Counted from the stretch's first letter, positions 40,155 to 54,559 are shown. The stretch is 63,974 bases of DNA from Octopus bimaculoides (GCF_001194135.2 NC_068981.1:26009864-26073837), one strand, 5' to 3'. Translations and numbers: made by a program. Notes: generated from the sequence alone by a model not told the origin.

Positions 40155-41974
40155 CAGAGAGACAGAGAGAAAGACAGAGAGAGGGAGAAATTTTGCTAAA
40201 CAACACGGAATAATAAATACATATTTTGTGCTTCTTGCTATACTAAGTTTCCCTAAGTATATTCTCATATACTCATTAAAACCAACATTTCTTCTTTATC
40301 TGTATCTACTTTTGTAATTGTTGCACTCATCAAACATAAGGATTTAAAATTCATTTCGAACCCGCCACATAATCATAAGTTAAATATTCGTACCCGAAAA
40401 ATGTCAATTCCTGTTTGCAGATATCTATATCAACTCACCTGCGCATAATTTTGTTTAAACTATCTAAATTTAGCTCATGGTTTAATGCTGCCTCTAATAA
40501 TGCTGGCAGTGAATTGACTAGATTGGTCCGTGTCAGGAACCTATTTAAACCGGTGTGTTTAAGCTTGTATTATAATTGATTTGAGCATTTATTTGCAACA
40601 AAACATTTATAGACTGGGTCTCACGTAAATAGTTCCTCTTTCATACAAAGTTTATTAATAAATACAAGTGTTGAAATAGAATTCAAACAATTTTGATGTC
40701 AGAAGGCGCAATTGTATGTTTATTTGTCAACAAAACAAAAAAAGTCGTAATAGAGTTTATCATTTATATAAATAACGTATAAATCTCAAATAACAAGGCT
40801 ATTCTTGGAAATTTTGTTTCATTTCATTCATGTCTGTGTAAACAATTCATCGTTGTTTGGTATTCAGTTTTCTATGATACTAATCACACATGGTTATAAG
40901 TTAACTTTAGACTTTAGAAATGGACTGAATGATCAGTATATTACTATTTCGTTGTAAGAATCCAAATCAAACGAGTGAATTGTTTTCAGTTCAAGTTGCA
41001 AGTGACTTTATACTTTCCAAATTCTATAAATTTTCAGTTGATTAACAAACTCTTTATAGAAAATAACACCAAACTATAATATTATCGATCGTATACTTAA
41101 TACACTGCCCAAATTAACATGATAACTTAACATTGAGCTGTATTTAATAATATTATTCAAAATTGCTGAAATCATTTCGGTCCAGTTCTGCAATCTAAAG
41201 ATAATTAAGGACGTATTCCCTTGCTGGGTTTAGCAACAGTACAACCCGGCCTTTGGGCGCCTTGGGCAAATTCCACATTCCTGAAATCATCAGGACAGTT
41301 GTTTGGTTTTTTCCTCACTTAACTTTGCCCCCCACCCTCCAGCCACATATGCATTCAAACAGTGCTGCCTTCCTACACTAAATATGTCATTAAAATCAAA
41401 TTCCTTTGACAGTAATAACTGCTTTGCCGTCGCCAAACAACATAATTTGATTTCGATCTTTTATTTTTTCCATAAAAATATCGCAAAGACTATATTTCTA
41501 AACGATAATTAAGGACATCAAATTCACTTTACGTTAGTCAAGTAGTCTATATATCAACTATAAATCGATGTTTTGCTTTGCTTTTATTTAATTTATCGAA
41601 TATTTTCCAAACGTTTTCGTGATTAAAATGTGGTGTTGTTGATTACATATGAAATTCCGCTTAAATTATTGACATTTTATAGAATTTGGACGATAAAATC
41701 AATAACTGAAATTTGCTGTGAAGCCTTCAGTGCGCTAACAAACATAGCTCATACGCAAATACAATCACACAGATATAAAGATATAAGAATGCATGTAGGC
41801 ATACATACATGCACACATGCATACATACATACATACATACATACATACATACATACATACATGCATACATACATACATACATACATACATACACACATAC
41901 GTACGTACATGCTTTTGATCTGTAGAAGAAATCCACTCCATAGACGTTAAAACTCGCAAAATACTGACTTCAAC

Positions 41975-42900
41975 TGGAAATCTCCGAAACAGTGATATCA
42001 GCAGGCTCCACTTAAGGAGAGATAAATGTGGCAGAGACTTGAGATTAGGACAAACAGCCTTTCAATGCCGTATAATCTCTCTCAGATAGCACTTGCTAAA
42101 GAATAGCAGCAAAAATAAATACGTTAACTTAGTACTGATAGGTGAAGAGAGCAATATCCTCAGTGAACTCCTCAAGGAGCACTCCCTTCCTGATGATCTC
42201 CCATACAATCACAAAACAGCCGAACTAAGATACTTCTGCGAACACCTGTATGTGAAACGCTCAGGGTAATAACAAAGAACTATGTATGTGTATGTTTCCC
42301 GAACGACTGAACAGTAACATTCTTTCTATAATAAGCATAAAGCCTGAAATTTTCAACTGGTACATTTTATCGACCTCGAAAGGATGAAAAGCAAATTCGA
42401 CCCCGGTGGAATGTGAACTCCGAACACGAAGACAGACAAAATACCGCTAAGCATTCTTTCCGACGTGTTAACGATTCTACCGCCCAAGAATGAGACAGTG
42501 ATATCGACATGAAGAGAAACCTCCCTTGGACATGTAGCCGCTACATCACATCACACTTCGAAGACTATGCATTTGCAATCCAAGGACAGATTGCTACGAA
42601 ATTCCTAATAAACGAAAGCGACTGAAACCAGTGGAGCTCGAAGATGCAACCAACAATGTAGATTATGTCATATTTCTGTGTGATGTGCTAAGCACACCAC
42701 ACTTGTGTTTAGCAACTATCCAAAAATATCATCAAGGTACTACCTACCTACATGACGCGACCTAGTTACAAAAACGATATACAATGTCATTCGGGAAACA
42801 GACTGTCCTGGAATAAATATAGAGAATCCCCTTAATATTGAATACATACACAGACATCAACAGAAAGAATACTAGTTGAACATCCCCATCATTTACTCCT
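41975..42900 (+). mobile_element. R4/Dong-clade internal fragment, interrupted by a SINE
   Basis: SDISRLHLRRDKCGRDLR (post-RT RLY..R..GGRGL motif), SRYITSHFEDYAFAIQ, QQCRLCH (zinc knuckle) and IEYIHRHQQKEY. Confidence 0.7.
42331..42488 (-). mobile_element. SINE family A copy inside the Dong fragment
   Basis: TTTTATCGACCTCGAAAGGATGAAAAGCAAATTCGACCCCGGTGGAATGTGAACTC...TAACGATTCT. Confidence 0.75.
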
Positions 42901-44864
42901 GGGATAGAAAATGAATCATTTACTCTTCGTCGGAAATACTGAAAATATAACTAAATAAACGTACATACATACATGAACGCATACAAACTGCATATACACG
43001 GAATACGTATAGGTGTTTTCAGGCAGACAGCGTGGCAGTCAGAGATGGATGATAAATGTTATTTTTACTAGAGTCTCGCGTGAAAGTATTTATTTTTAAT
43101 CTCGAAAATATAATTAGCTCCCAATAACTTCATTATGCTAAATGGATATCTATCATTTCCATATCAGTAGAAATATATGAAATTAGCGGAGTAATAATGA
43201 TCTCAGTATTATCTTGAAACAATATACAATAACATGATTTAAATGATTGATTTCCTCGGTAGTTTGTTGACATTATCTTTGAAGATTGTCACATTATTAT
43301 TCCTAACTATATTGCTTCCTGCACTCCAACAGCTATCAACGAAAGCAAATAAAACGGCTATCACCTCCTTACACCCACACGATTGTGCGTGTGTGTGTCT
43401 AGTGAGAGAGAGAGAGAGTGAGAGAGAAAGAGAGATTGAGAGAGAAAGAGGGAGAGAGAGTGGAGGAGGATATTGATAGCAAGATAGATACTTAGATAGA
43501 TGCACAGAGAGTTATGTACGCACGCGTGTGTAAATACATGCATATGTATATCAACTCTACATCCTGTAACAATGTTAACTTTTCACATATACGTATGCCC
43601 CATTGACAGCATCGACTGAATTCACTGATATCTTGAAAGTGTTTTCTTAATTTCCTCTCTAATCCCATCTTTACTCAATTTTTCTTCAACTCTTACGTAC
43701 TTTTGTCTAGAAAACCCTGTTTTGAAATAGAAATCTGTGTATATTTTGAGCTGTGCTTTCAGTAATGAGTTATTTTTATATGAATTCAGCTTAATCATAT
43801 CGTCTACGCCTCGACAGAATCTTCGCAATATTTCCGATAATAATAGTTTGACTTCTATTAACTAATAGGCATATTACTTCTATTAGCTAATGGACGTTTT
43901 GATCTTAGCTAATAGGAATGTTGCTCTTGTGCGCAAAATTGCTCCTATTATGCTATCAATGAAAAGAATTCTGTGTGTGTGTGTGTGAGTGAGTGTGTGT
44001 GTATGAGTGAGTGTGTGTGAGTGAGTGAGTGAGTGCGCATACTGATTTTGATTAGCTAACCGGAGGAAGAATTTCCTGATTTTACTAACACAAGTAAAAA
44101 TTTTAAATCTAGACTTTTCATAAAACTGACAAAATAATTCATCTTAATTTTGGAAGAATAAACTCTCGTTTATCTCACAAAATGCATCTAGATCTGCGTC
44201 TCTTATTTCATTGGTTTCTAGTCAAGAATTATATAATATATTTTAATATTTCTGTTACGGTGCAGAAGAAGTGAAACCCCGGATTTCATTAAAGCTATTA
44301 ATCTAAAGTTAATACATAATTAAACTTGATGAACAAACAGTCTCTTAAATGAGACAAACAGTTTATACAATTCGAACATAACAAAAGTGGTAATAGACAA
44401 TTTATGAATTAAAATTTGGATTGGCTAAACGGTAATAATAAGCAGCTAAAGAACACTTCTTACCTGCTTTAGTGGAATAAAACACCCGTGTAAAGTAACT
44501 GTAAAATTCTTGAAATTAAAAGGTTGTTTCCGTAACTCACCTAAACTAACTAAAGTATATATCAATGAGCACGGAGTAATTGAGTAATATCTGTGCCTAG
44601 AATGCTGAAAAAAGAAATCATCCAAAGAATCAGTCTTCGTTGAACAAAAAATTTTAACAGCAATACTTGTATTTCATAGATAGATATACGTGTCTGTGCG
44701 TCATTTATATCTATATATGCATGTGAGCACATAATTCCACATGTATAAACACATATATGTGTGTATGTGTGTGTCTATGGGTACACAAAGAGAAGTACAG
44801 AGAGATAGAAAGGAGATAAAAAAAAATCCAAGTGAAATATAAGAAAGGAAGGTATAATCAAGAA

Positions 44865-45056
44865 GGCGTGGTTCATCTCACTGCGTAGCACCTTGATAGC
44901 ACCTCGGGCCAACCAGTTCCTTGTGACTGGATTTGGTAGACAGACACTGAAAGAAGGCTATCGTACACACACACACACACACACACACATATGAGAAATA
45001 ATGACGAGAGACAAAGGATAGGTAACCAAAAAAGTATATTACACATATACATACAA

Positions 45057-45104
<48 letters not shown>

Positions 45105-45300
45105 GAGTGTGTGCGTGCGTGTGTCTTTGCCCCTGTGATTATTCCTACCACTGCTTGACATCTAGTGTTGGTGTGTTAACGTATCCATAACTTAGTGGTT
45201 CTTCAAAATAGACCGATACATGGCTTTAAAAAAACAACGTACTTGGGTTAATTCGTTCGACTAAAATTCCTGAAGGTGCTGCCACAGCATGGCCGCAGTC
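44865..45300 (+). mobile_element. SINE family B, diverged, with internal (CA)n
   Basis: A 5'-half motif (CTCGGGCCAACC...GGATTTGGTAGAC) and a 3'-half motif (CAGCATGGCCGCAGTC). Confidence 0.65.
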
Positions 45301-45306
45301 TAATGT

Positions 45307-45612
45307 CTACTATAGCCTAGGGCCGACCAAATCCTTGTGAGTAAATTTGGTAGACGGAACTGAAAGAAGCCCGTCGTATATATGTATATACATATATTTG
45401 TGTGTATATGTTTGTGTGTCTGTGTTTGTCACCCCAGCTTCGCTTGACAACTGTTGCTGGTGTGTTTATGTCCCCGTAAATTAGCGGTTCGGCCAAAGAG
45501 ACCGATAGAATAAGTATTAGGCTTACAAAGAATAAGTTCTGGTGTCGATTTGCTCGACTAAAGGTGGTGCTCCAGCATGGCCGCAGTCAAATGACTGAAA
45601 CAAGTAAAAGAG
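45307..45612 (+). mobile_element. SINE family B, 5'-truncated, well preserved
   Basis: CTATAGCCTAGGGCCGACCAAA...GACCGATAGAATAAG...CCAGCATGGCCGCAGTCAAATGACTGAAACAAGTAAAAG. Confidence 0.85.
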
Positions 45613-46240
45613 TTATAAAAATTATAATTGAATTGACTTAATTCTCTATGGAATTAGCCGTTACCCAGAGTAGCAAGAACAAAAACAGCAACATAGCTGT
45701 TATGAAGGGAATGACATATAGTTGTCAGTATGTGAGTGTCTTAAACTGGGAAATCATTTGTTTTTAAATGTGTTGTGTGCGTGTATAAGTGCATATCTCA
45801 ATGTGTATGAGATTATCTGAGCTCCTACGGCAATGAGTAGCTGACTATGTGTACTGTACACAGGGATGTTTGTATATGTACGCATGTGTGTTTCTATACA
45901 CGTGTAGGTGTATGTGCGCACGCATTGTGTATGGTGTTGTGTTTGTGTCGTGTGTATAAATAAGCTTCCCCATTGAGTATATTTCCTGTAAACTTAATGC
46001 CATTCCCTCCTGGTTCCACAAAGTTGATGCACCTGTAACAACCAAATAGACTTATGATACACATTTGCACCTGTTCATTCATGCTTTTCATCTCCTCTCT
46101 CAGATTACTGGAATGGCCACGCCCTTTATCTTGATCTATATACATATAATACATACACTCAGCCTTACCCCAACACACACACACATACATATATCACACA
46201 CACATGCATATGATATATATATATATATATATCTATATAT

Positions 46241-46435
46241 CGAAACGCCGGTGTTAAAACGGGGGTAGCTAATGAAGGAGAATTGTTCTCTATGTGGCTT
46301 GTGTGTTTTCTCGTCTACGTTTTGTTTGCAATGTCCTGTACCCAGATATGCACCTACACATACAGGTGGATGTCGGTATGCACATACCTGTACGTATATA
46401 TGCATATACTCATTTACTATTTGTTTATATATATA
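46241..46435. mobile_element. (TA)n-flanked repeat, near-identical inverted copy at 57591-57774
   Basis: About 185 bp align to the reverse complement of 57591-57774 with few differences. A third partial copy is at ~39472-39645. Confidence 0.75.
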
Positions 46436-46437
46436 TA

Positions 46438-46473
<36 letters not shown>

Positions 46474-47310
46474 TGTGTGTGTGTGTATGTATGTGTGTGT
46501 CTGCGTGTGCGTCTGTGTGTGTTTATGTGTGTTCGTTTATGCGTAGATTTATACGTATTCTTTCATTATTACCTATTTTTACTATTTTGTTCTTCCTAGT
46601 CGCTTTATCATGCTCTTGTTTCAAACAAATTTTGTATTGACTTCTCCTCATTATACATTTACCTTATTCCTTACCTTTATATATTTACCTTCTTCCTTAC
46701 CTTTATACATTTACCTTTTCCCTCAAAGAATATTCTGTACATATTCCTTTATTTTTTATTCTTGCAATTTCCTCATTGTTTCGTTCAGTTTCATTTCTTT
46801 TCGTTTTTTTAATGCATTTTATTTCTTTCCCATTTTTCTTTTTTTTTTTATTAAATTTCGTTTCACTTTAAACCGCCCTTATCTACATTCATTATATACT
46901 ACTTTCATTATTCCTTGATTGTTTAGGTTTTTTATGTACTTTATTGCATAACTTTTCATCAATTTCAAATGTTCCATGTAAGACATTTTAACTTACAATC
47001 CATAATATATTGCAAAAGTATATTATGATATAGTAAATGTTGCGAATTACACTCTCAAGAAAAACACATTTTTCCTTTCATATTCAAACATACATGCATA
47101 GTTGAAATTTATAGATAAACAAAAGACGAAGACAGGCGTATGAACAATAACCAAGTATATTAGTCTGATGCTCGGGAAAATTGAAAAAAGTGTTTTACGT
47201 TTCGAGCCTACGATCTACAACAGAAACGGAATAAGAGGAAATAAAAAAAGTGTAGAGTTTAGCGGTCCAACATGGCGTATGAATGCACGCACGCACACAC
47301 GCACACACAC

Positions 47311-47405
<95 letters not shown>

Positions 47406-50400
47406 ATGCATACATCTAACTTCCCAGTAGAAGATAGCAAACCGGTTTTTCAAGTGCGCTGCCATTTGCTACCTCTTCATATATGTGAAAAAAACTGTGA
47501 AACTTAGAGTTTGTTTCTCTTTGCTGAAGTTGAATAAAATGCTGGCACTAGTTCTGAACTTGAGTTCTATGAATTATCTGTTCTAAATTGCATTTACTGA
47601 GACAAGAAAATATAGTCAATATCATTAATATAATAACTGGGAGTCAAAATCAAGTTAACATACGTTAGGCAGCTGATAAAGGATATTTCTCAGTTGCTTT
47701 AAATTAAATCTTGTTCTGCAGTTATGTCTCTGCTTTCTATTAATGTCCAGTGGGTCGTTTTCCTGTTATCTTTTTTCTGTGCTGTCATTTAAAGGCATTC
47801 TATATAGAGTTTTTTACTTCATTTTCCAAATTGGATGGAGTTAGCTATAGAATAAGACATAATTTCATTCATTACAGACCGCATATGAATATACTCTAGC
47901 ATGGTTAAATTGTGCTGAAATAGGATCGTTTATACTTTTTTTTTTTATAGAAACAAGGAAAGGAACCGTATGGAATTTAAGCATGAATTCCAACCATATT
48001 TTAAAAGACGTATATATATCACTACCAATGCTAGATACGAGGATTTAACTGATAGTAAAAGTAGCAAAAAGTCGACGGTGATAACGATAAGGCATGAGTT
48101 AAAATGTATCAATCTTCTCTGTGTTGAAATTGAAAAAGTCAGAAGCAACAAAAGAAAAAAAGGAATGCATTGAAGAAGAATTTCTCTTTCTATGGCACAA
48201 TTCAAATGATGATTTACTCACAGGTTTTCCTGTATCTTTCAGGATGAATGGTAATTCCCATGTCCTTTTTAGTGCTTCGGATGATAATTAGAGGATGGAT
48301 GGTATCATCGAATAGGTGTCCACAATTTGTCCCTAAAGTACCATGCATGTGTGTTTTACCACGGGCTTCCGTATAAATTACTGATCAGCAAAAGTATATG
48401 GAGGAAAGCATTTATTCAAGGTGTTGTGCTGAGGGATCAAATTTGGAACCATCTTTACCACGAAACCACACACCAATAACTTGTTAACCACGCAACCATA
48501 ACTGCTTCATCTTCAAGACAAAATTCTTCACCACGAACTTCATTCAACCGTATATCTTTTCTCTCTCTGCCCTTGAAATATTGATTTCACATTTTCGCCC
48601 AAGGCCAGCATCATTTCAAGCCGACATTTAAAGGAACTTAACTAAATATTGCTAAGTATTTTTCTTTGTGCTCCTTACGATCTAAAAAATACAACGACGT
48701 CACACAATAGCACAAAACCGAAAATATTAAGAATTGAAGCATAGTCGTTCTAAGTGACTGCATTTATTTCAGGACCCTGAGGGATGAAATGTAAAGTCAA
48801 CGTAATCATGGTTTGAACTAACATTTTAATGTAACATACATAAATCTCCGTGGGTTTCCTCGATGAGTAATCAATTACTCGATCAGCAAAACAAACGTCA
48901 CATTATGATAACGTGTAAATGGTCGAGTACTCCACAGACATATTTACTCTTAATGAAATCCTCTCAAAGAATCAGCGTGGCATATGTGCAATCCATTCAA
49001 TTTGATGGGTTTCTGCATAATTTCCGTATGCCTAACTTCACATGCGATGCCTAAGTCAACACAAGGCTATTGACAAACGATAAAAAAAAAAATGCTTAAA
49101 ATACATTGTAGTGAGATTGATCCTCGGATGTCTCTGTTGTGCATTAAGCTTCTCAACGTTCAGCTCTATTACGTCATGAGAGTCTGTAATCAGGCATACC
49201 TAAATACGTATTATTTCGTGTCGTTCTACGCATTCTGCAATGATATAAGTTTTGCGTATTTGCCTATGACCGTGGATATGTCAGTATGTAGCAGTGTGCG
49301 CGCGCGTATGCGTATATGTATTATCTGTGTATATGTGCGCGCATGTCTCGATTTCATTGCCATTCGGCTAGATACGCGAAACTGAAACTATTACTCAGAG
49401 ATTAAGTTCACACTGTTTTCGTAAACTTCAAATATATCCAACGTAAAATCGTGCTCAGTAAGTTATTCTCATTCACGTTTTCAAAGATAAATTGCACATC
49501 CAAAATATTTTCAAATTTTATATATGGAGATCATAAATTTTCTATTTATTGTCGTGTATCATGTTATGATTCAACTAGATTATTAAAAATTGTTCTATTA
49601 ACATCTTTCTTTTAAATTATATTTTCAGCAATATCACTTCTGTTAACATTGCTATATTATCAATTTGATTACTTTGTTTATGCAAGTATAGACAGTTTGT
49701 TTTTTCACACAATTTATATTTGTTTATTTTAAAACTCTGCTATCGTTTCACCTCCATACTCTCCTACTTTTCTGCATGTTATTCCTTTAATTAAAACAAA
49801 TTAGTGTGTAATGTAAATTATCTTCGTTTACAGCTCTTTTGTTTTCTTTTTCCATTTACAATGTTTTGTAATGAGGCGAAGCCACTTCATATTTCAAAGA
49901 GTTTGAGTTATTTCATATTTTTAATTCATCTTAGTTAGTCTGTTATATAATTCATTGAGATAGCAATAGATATTACTTTGCTAAATATTTACATGTTCAA
50001 AATTCTTCAGCATATTTCTTACACTGTTGTGTCTTTCCTGCAAAATCAACCGCGTTCAAATATATCTTAACTTTGTTTGTGCAAGCGTAGGAGAACATAG
50101 AAGAAACATATGAGATATATTCTCTTACAATTCAATAATACACTGATTTCTTTTGGACTTGTTTTACAATGTTAAAGCAGTCAAGTATTTAATTTAAACA
50201 CTCAAGCAATTGCTACATCAATGCTAACAGTAACAAGGTAGGAGAAGCATGGGCAATATGATTAACTAAAATGAAAGCATTAAATACAGGCAAATATTGA
50301 TATTATAATTTCATTATGCATGAGATGACTGAATCTTTAGACTCAGAAATATGGTTTTCGGTAATTGTTCCTGTTCAGAGTTCGTATCCCACCGAGCTTA

Positions 50401-50775
50401 ACTCTAGCTTTCAAGCTTAGCCGGTCGATAAAGCAAAATACTACTGCACCACTGATATGAATGTTATCCTCTCATACCTCCACTTAAAGTTATTGTCCTT
50501 CTGTCTGAACCTATAAATATTATTTGACCCTTAAAAGATGGAGAGGTGGCAGAATCGTTAGTGTAAAAAAAAATGTGTGACAATGTCTCTTTTTGCATCC
50601 CGAGTTACAGTAACGCCGAGATCGTTTTCAATTTTTATCTTTTCCTGATCGACATCAACTAACCCCTTCCTTTCGTAATTGTTCGCCTTGTGTCTAAATT
50701 GAAAGCATCATTTAGCTCCAAGAGAGTTATGAATGCTGCAATCGGTAAGGTACAGGATTATAATGCATGTAGTAT

Positions 50776-50951
50776 TGTTGTGTCGACGCCCTCAGGCGAA
50801 GAAGTAGGATCTCCCAAGACATATAAATAGAGGTAGTCTGGCCGTGGTATGAGTGTTGAGTAGCAGTCGAGTAGCAGTTGTGTAGCAGTTGTGTAGCGGT
50901 TGAGCAGAGATCATCCGAAGGTGCTAGATAGCAGTAGCTTGAGACATAACA
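50776..50951 (+). mobile_element. 176-bp solo LTR
   Basis: Ends are TGTTGTGTC...GACATAACA (8/9 inverted, TG..CA). A perfect 5-bp TSD, AGTAT, lies at 50771-50775 and 50952-50956. A TATA-like TATAAATAG is at ~50822, and there are internal 11-bp repeats. Confidence 0.85.
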
Positions 50952-51846
50952 AGTATTTAGTTGCGAGTGATTATATTGTGATATCAAATCTGAAGATGCT
51001 TACTTAGAGTTTTGTCATTCGGAGACCGATGTAATGATTATTATTAGAGAAATGACACGTATTATATCAGTTATATATTTCTCCTCATGTATTTACCATT
51101 TACGAAAATGTTAAAAGTTTTTTTTGGACCAAAGAGCCTAGCAGAGCAGTGGCCGCAACCTTTTAAAGCAGTTACAGAATAATAAGATCGATGAGGTATT
51201 GAACTTTAACTTCTGTTGACTGACATTTGCTGGAAAGAGCAAAATAGTGAAGTAGCTATAATGGTGAGCTGTATTAGGAATAGATTATGGGATTTGGGAT
51301 GACAAATTGAGGTCTTGTTTAAGACAGAATGCATGTTATTTTGTGAATCGCTGTACTATCGTAGTGCATTGAAAAGTGATATGGCGAATACATCGTCTCG
51401 GTGATCAACTAAAAGGTTCTAATATGAGAGAAAGTCAATCTTCTGAAGGGTTGTACTCAAGAATGTTTAAATCTAAGGTGCATGAACAACATTCCAATGT
51501 AGGAAACATTTCATCTTTGTATAGCTTCAACAACAATTGAAAGCTGAAATGATTTCTTATCCTGATGCATAACTAAACGTTGGGTCTTCTATCAACTTGT
51601 AATTCCCCGATTTTAATGTGATTTATGTTCTGTTACAATATTATCGGGTATGTCGCAGGAGTACCGCTAAACTGTTCCTATCTAAAGGAAACCTAATAAG
51701 ATACATCAATAATAGATGTGAAGTACAAGATTTATGCCTAACTCTGCACCTGTCTATAGGAAGTATTGTTCATTATGGGGACCAATCACTGGTTAAGGAA
51801 TATGTTTACTGAATACTATACAGGCCAAATAATTCATAGCAATGAT

Positions 51847-51899
<53 letters not shown>

Positions 51900-53234
51900 A
51901 ATAATAGTAATAATGATAATAATAATAAAAATAATAATATCGATAATTATCGATAATTTTACTCTTTCCCTGCCAATTTCGAATCTTCGAAGCAAATACT
52001 GAAGACATAAATGTTAGAATCAGTAACGTGGAAGAGATTTATGGAAGCACACGCATACAATAATCTCCAGCATACACTCACTCATTCATAACATACACGT
52101 CACCAATAAATAATCTATAAACCTATTCCAATGAATTATTGCTAACGCACAGTAGGTAATGGAACAAATCAACTGTTCTAAAGGGACTGCGTACGCTTAT
52201 CATTAAACTTCATAAAAATTAGTGTTAAAGTGAAAACACAAGCACGCACACGTAGAAAAAAATAAGGTAGTTATAAATGTTTCAAAAAACGTACAAGGTG
52301 GGGATTAAAAAAATATGCATGAATATTATAGGATACATACAAGTACTTAATGACATATCTTGCCAGCCATTAAACTTTCCAAAATATTTTATGTTGTATT
52401 TGTTTTTAGTTATCCTAATGTGCTCAATTATTCTTGAACGTCTTATATTTCGAAATATTGTAGAAACTAAAAAGTTCGGTTCAGTTCTCTTTTGAAAGTA
52501 TCTCCTAGGAAACGCAATCGAATCAAATACTATAAAATCAAAGTTTGTTAGTTTAAAGTATTTGATTCAACGCGAATTAACCGGCGAATGGTCGATATTA
52601 TTATATGAACGTCGGATGAAAATATCAGTAATACATTACAGATCAATATCGATAATCTAACAACGAGACATCTTGAAGATGTCCTGAAAGATAATAAAGC
52701 AGTTTTAATATTCAATTTCACACTGCTAATACTTACGCTCAATTATACGATTCCAGTGCTAAAAACAGAGACGCTCTATTTAGGCGGTTTGAAAGTTAAC
52801 GTTTGATGTGTCGATCTGTCTTAATTATAATGAACGGTTATATGTCAATTGATATTATATAATTACATAAATGAGAAGTCAATGAACTGCGTTGTTGGGT
52901 TTTTTTGCTTTTTTTTTTGTTTTGTTTTGCTTTAAACGTTGATTATTTCTGATTGGTGCCTGAGACAAAGGACTGTTAGCAGCAATAAAATTCATCGTGA
53001 AGCTTTGTACAATCAAATGTCAGGTTTAATAAGCTGTTTCACTATATTAGCTTCCATTCAGTAAGAAAAATGTACCAGAAAAATACTAATTTTTCATATA
53101 ATCATAACACCATTTTGCAGACTTCAGATATAGTAATTCCAAACGAAGGCTGGCTTTTAAAAAACGGTTTTGATATTGGTAATTGAAAACAAACAACGCC
53201 GGCTTGTCATTCAACAGCAGGATTAATTAATTTG

Positions 53235-53405
53235 AACTCCACCGAGATCGACGTTGCCTTTCATTCTTTTGGGGTCAATAAAATAAGTACCAGTTAAAAA
53301 CTAGGGTCGATATAATCGACTCATCCCCTCCCGCAAAACTGCTGCCTTGTGGCAAAATTTGAAACCATTAATATTATGATTATGATTATTATTATTATTA
53401 TTATT
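53235..53405 (+). mobile_element. SINE family A 3' part with (TTA)n tail
   Basis: CCACCGAGATCGACGTTGCCTTTCATTC...GCAAAATTTGAAACCATTA followed by (ATT)n. Confidence 0.8.
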
Positions 53406-53628
53406 GTTCAGTAGTTTTATTTTTATAACGTGCTTTCACTTCACTACCGAGCGCAGCTCTGTGCGCCTTGGGTATGTGCTGTGGTTTGCTGTGGTGCTCT
53501 TATGTTTACTGTATTGAAAGTGTTTTGCGTAGAATATGTGCAGTACCCAGTAGTGCAATTTTCTGTATGTTATATATATTTGTAAGTCCTGGTGTTTTTG
53601 TTATGTATTTGTCTGAATATTTTTTTTT
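53406..53628 (-). mobile_element. short 5'-truncated R4/Dong copy (same family as 12432-12741)
   Basis: YSDKYITKTPGLTNIYNIQKIALLGTAHILRKTLSIQ* plus a 3'UTR. (TAA)n lies on both sides on its sense strand. Confidence 0.9.
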
Positions 53629-53764
<136 letters not shown>

Positions 53765-53765
<1 letters not shown>

Positions 53766-53985
53766 CGGCGGCGAGCTGGAAGAATCGTTAGCATGCTGGT
53801 CAAAATGTTTGGCAGCATTTCGTCAGTCTTTACGTTCTGAGTTCAAATGCCACTGAGGTCGGCTTTGTCTTTCATCCTTTCAGGATCAATAGAATCAGTA
53901 CCAGTTGAGCACCGGGGTCTATATAATCGATTTACGCTCTCGACCAAAATTGCTAATAGTGTGCCAAAATTTGAAACTATTATTA
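53765..53985 (+). mobile_element. SINE family A, near full length
   Basis: GGCGGCGAGCTGGAAGAATCGTTAGCATGC...TTCTGAGTTCAAATGCC...GTGCCAAAATTTGAAAC followed by a (TAT)n tail. Confidence 0.85.
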
Positions 53986-54089
53986 TTACTATTATTGTCG
54001 TTGTTGCTCCTTTGATGGTGGCGGTGAGGGTGTAGGCAATGACAGTGGTGTTTTCTGCTACTTCTGTTGTTGTTCATTAGCACAGTAGC

Positions 54090-54300
54090 TTTATCAGAGA
54101 ATGTAACAATGTGTCAGGTGTCTTCAACTAGTGGACTAAAGTACAAATCTCTTGAACTTCGTGGTTTTCGCACATTCTTCAGATAAGCTATATTTTGTAC
54201 ATGCTCTACCTTCGCATTTGCCCCTATTTCTTCACTCCTGTTTGTAACCTTCGTACTTAACTTGCCGAAGACTCCAACAACCCCTGGTATGAGACTCACC
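54090..54300 (-). mobile_element. R4/Dong RLE C-terminal remnant
   Basis: LIPGVVGVFGKLSTKV...EEIG...VEHVQNIAYLKNVR resembles the VIPVVVGALG...QK.ALL..AR end of R4/Dong ORFs. Confidence 0.6.
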
Positions 54301-54559
54301 TTCTTCAGTCATTGCAATCTTATTTTCCAATTAAAATTATCGTATTTAACCTGCTTTCCTTCTTTTCTTCATACTCTTCCATCATCCAGACATCTAATAA
54401 CTACGATTAAGCAAGTTTATTTTCTTTCACCCTTTATTCGCAATCATTTTATCCAGCTTTCGACGGTCACTTTCTTGATCACATTACATTATTATATTTC
54501 ATATTTTTAACTTCTCACCCAAAGCCTTCCCAGAATCTAGGGCAAAGAAACTCATTGTA

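Noticed and set aside
43243-43828. Hydrophobic or protein-like short ORFs at 43243-43476 (+) and 43622-43828 (-)
   Set aside because: No recognisable domain. One runs into microsatellite and the other starts at TTG.
52609-52806. Met-less + strand open frame of ~66 codons (TSDENISNTLQINIDNLTTRHLEDVLKDNKAVLIF...)
   Set aside because: It has a vague thioredoxin-like look but no CxxC motif, no usable donor site and no start.
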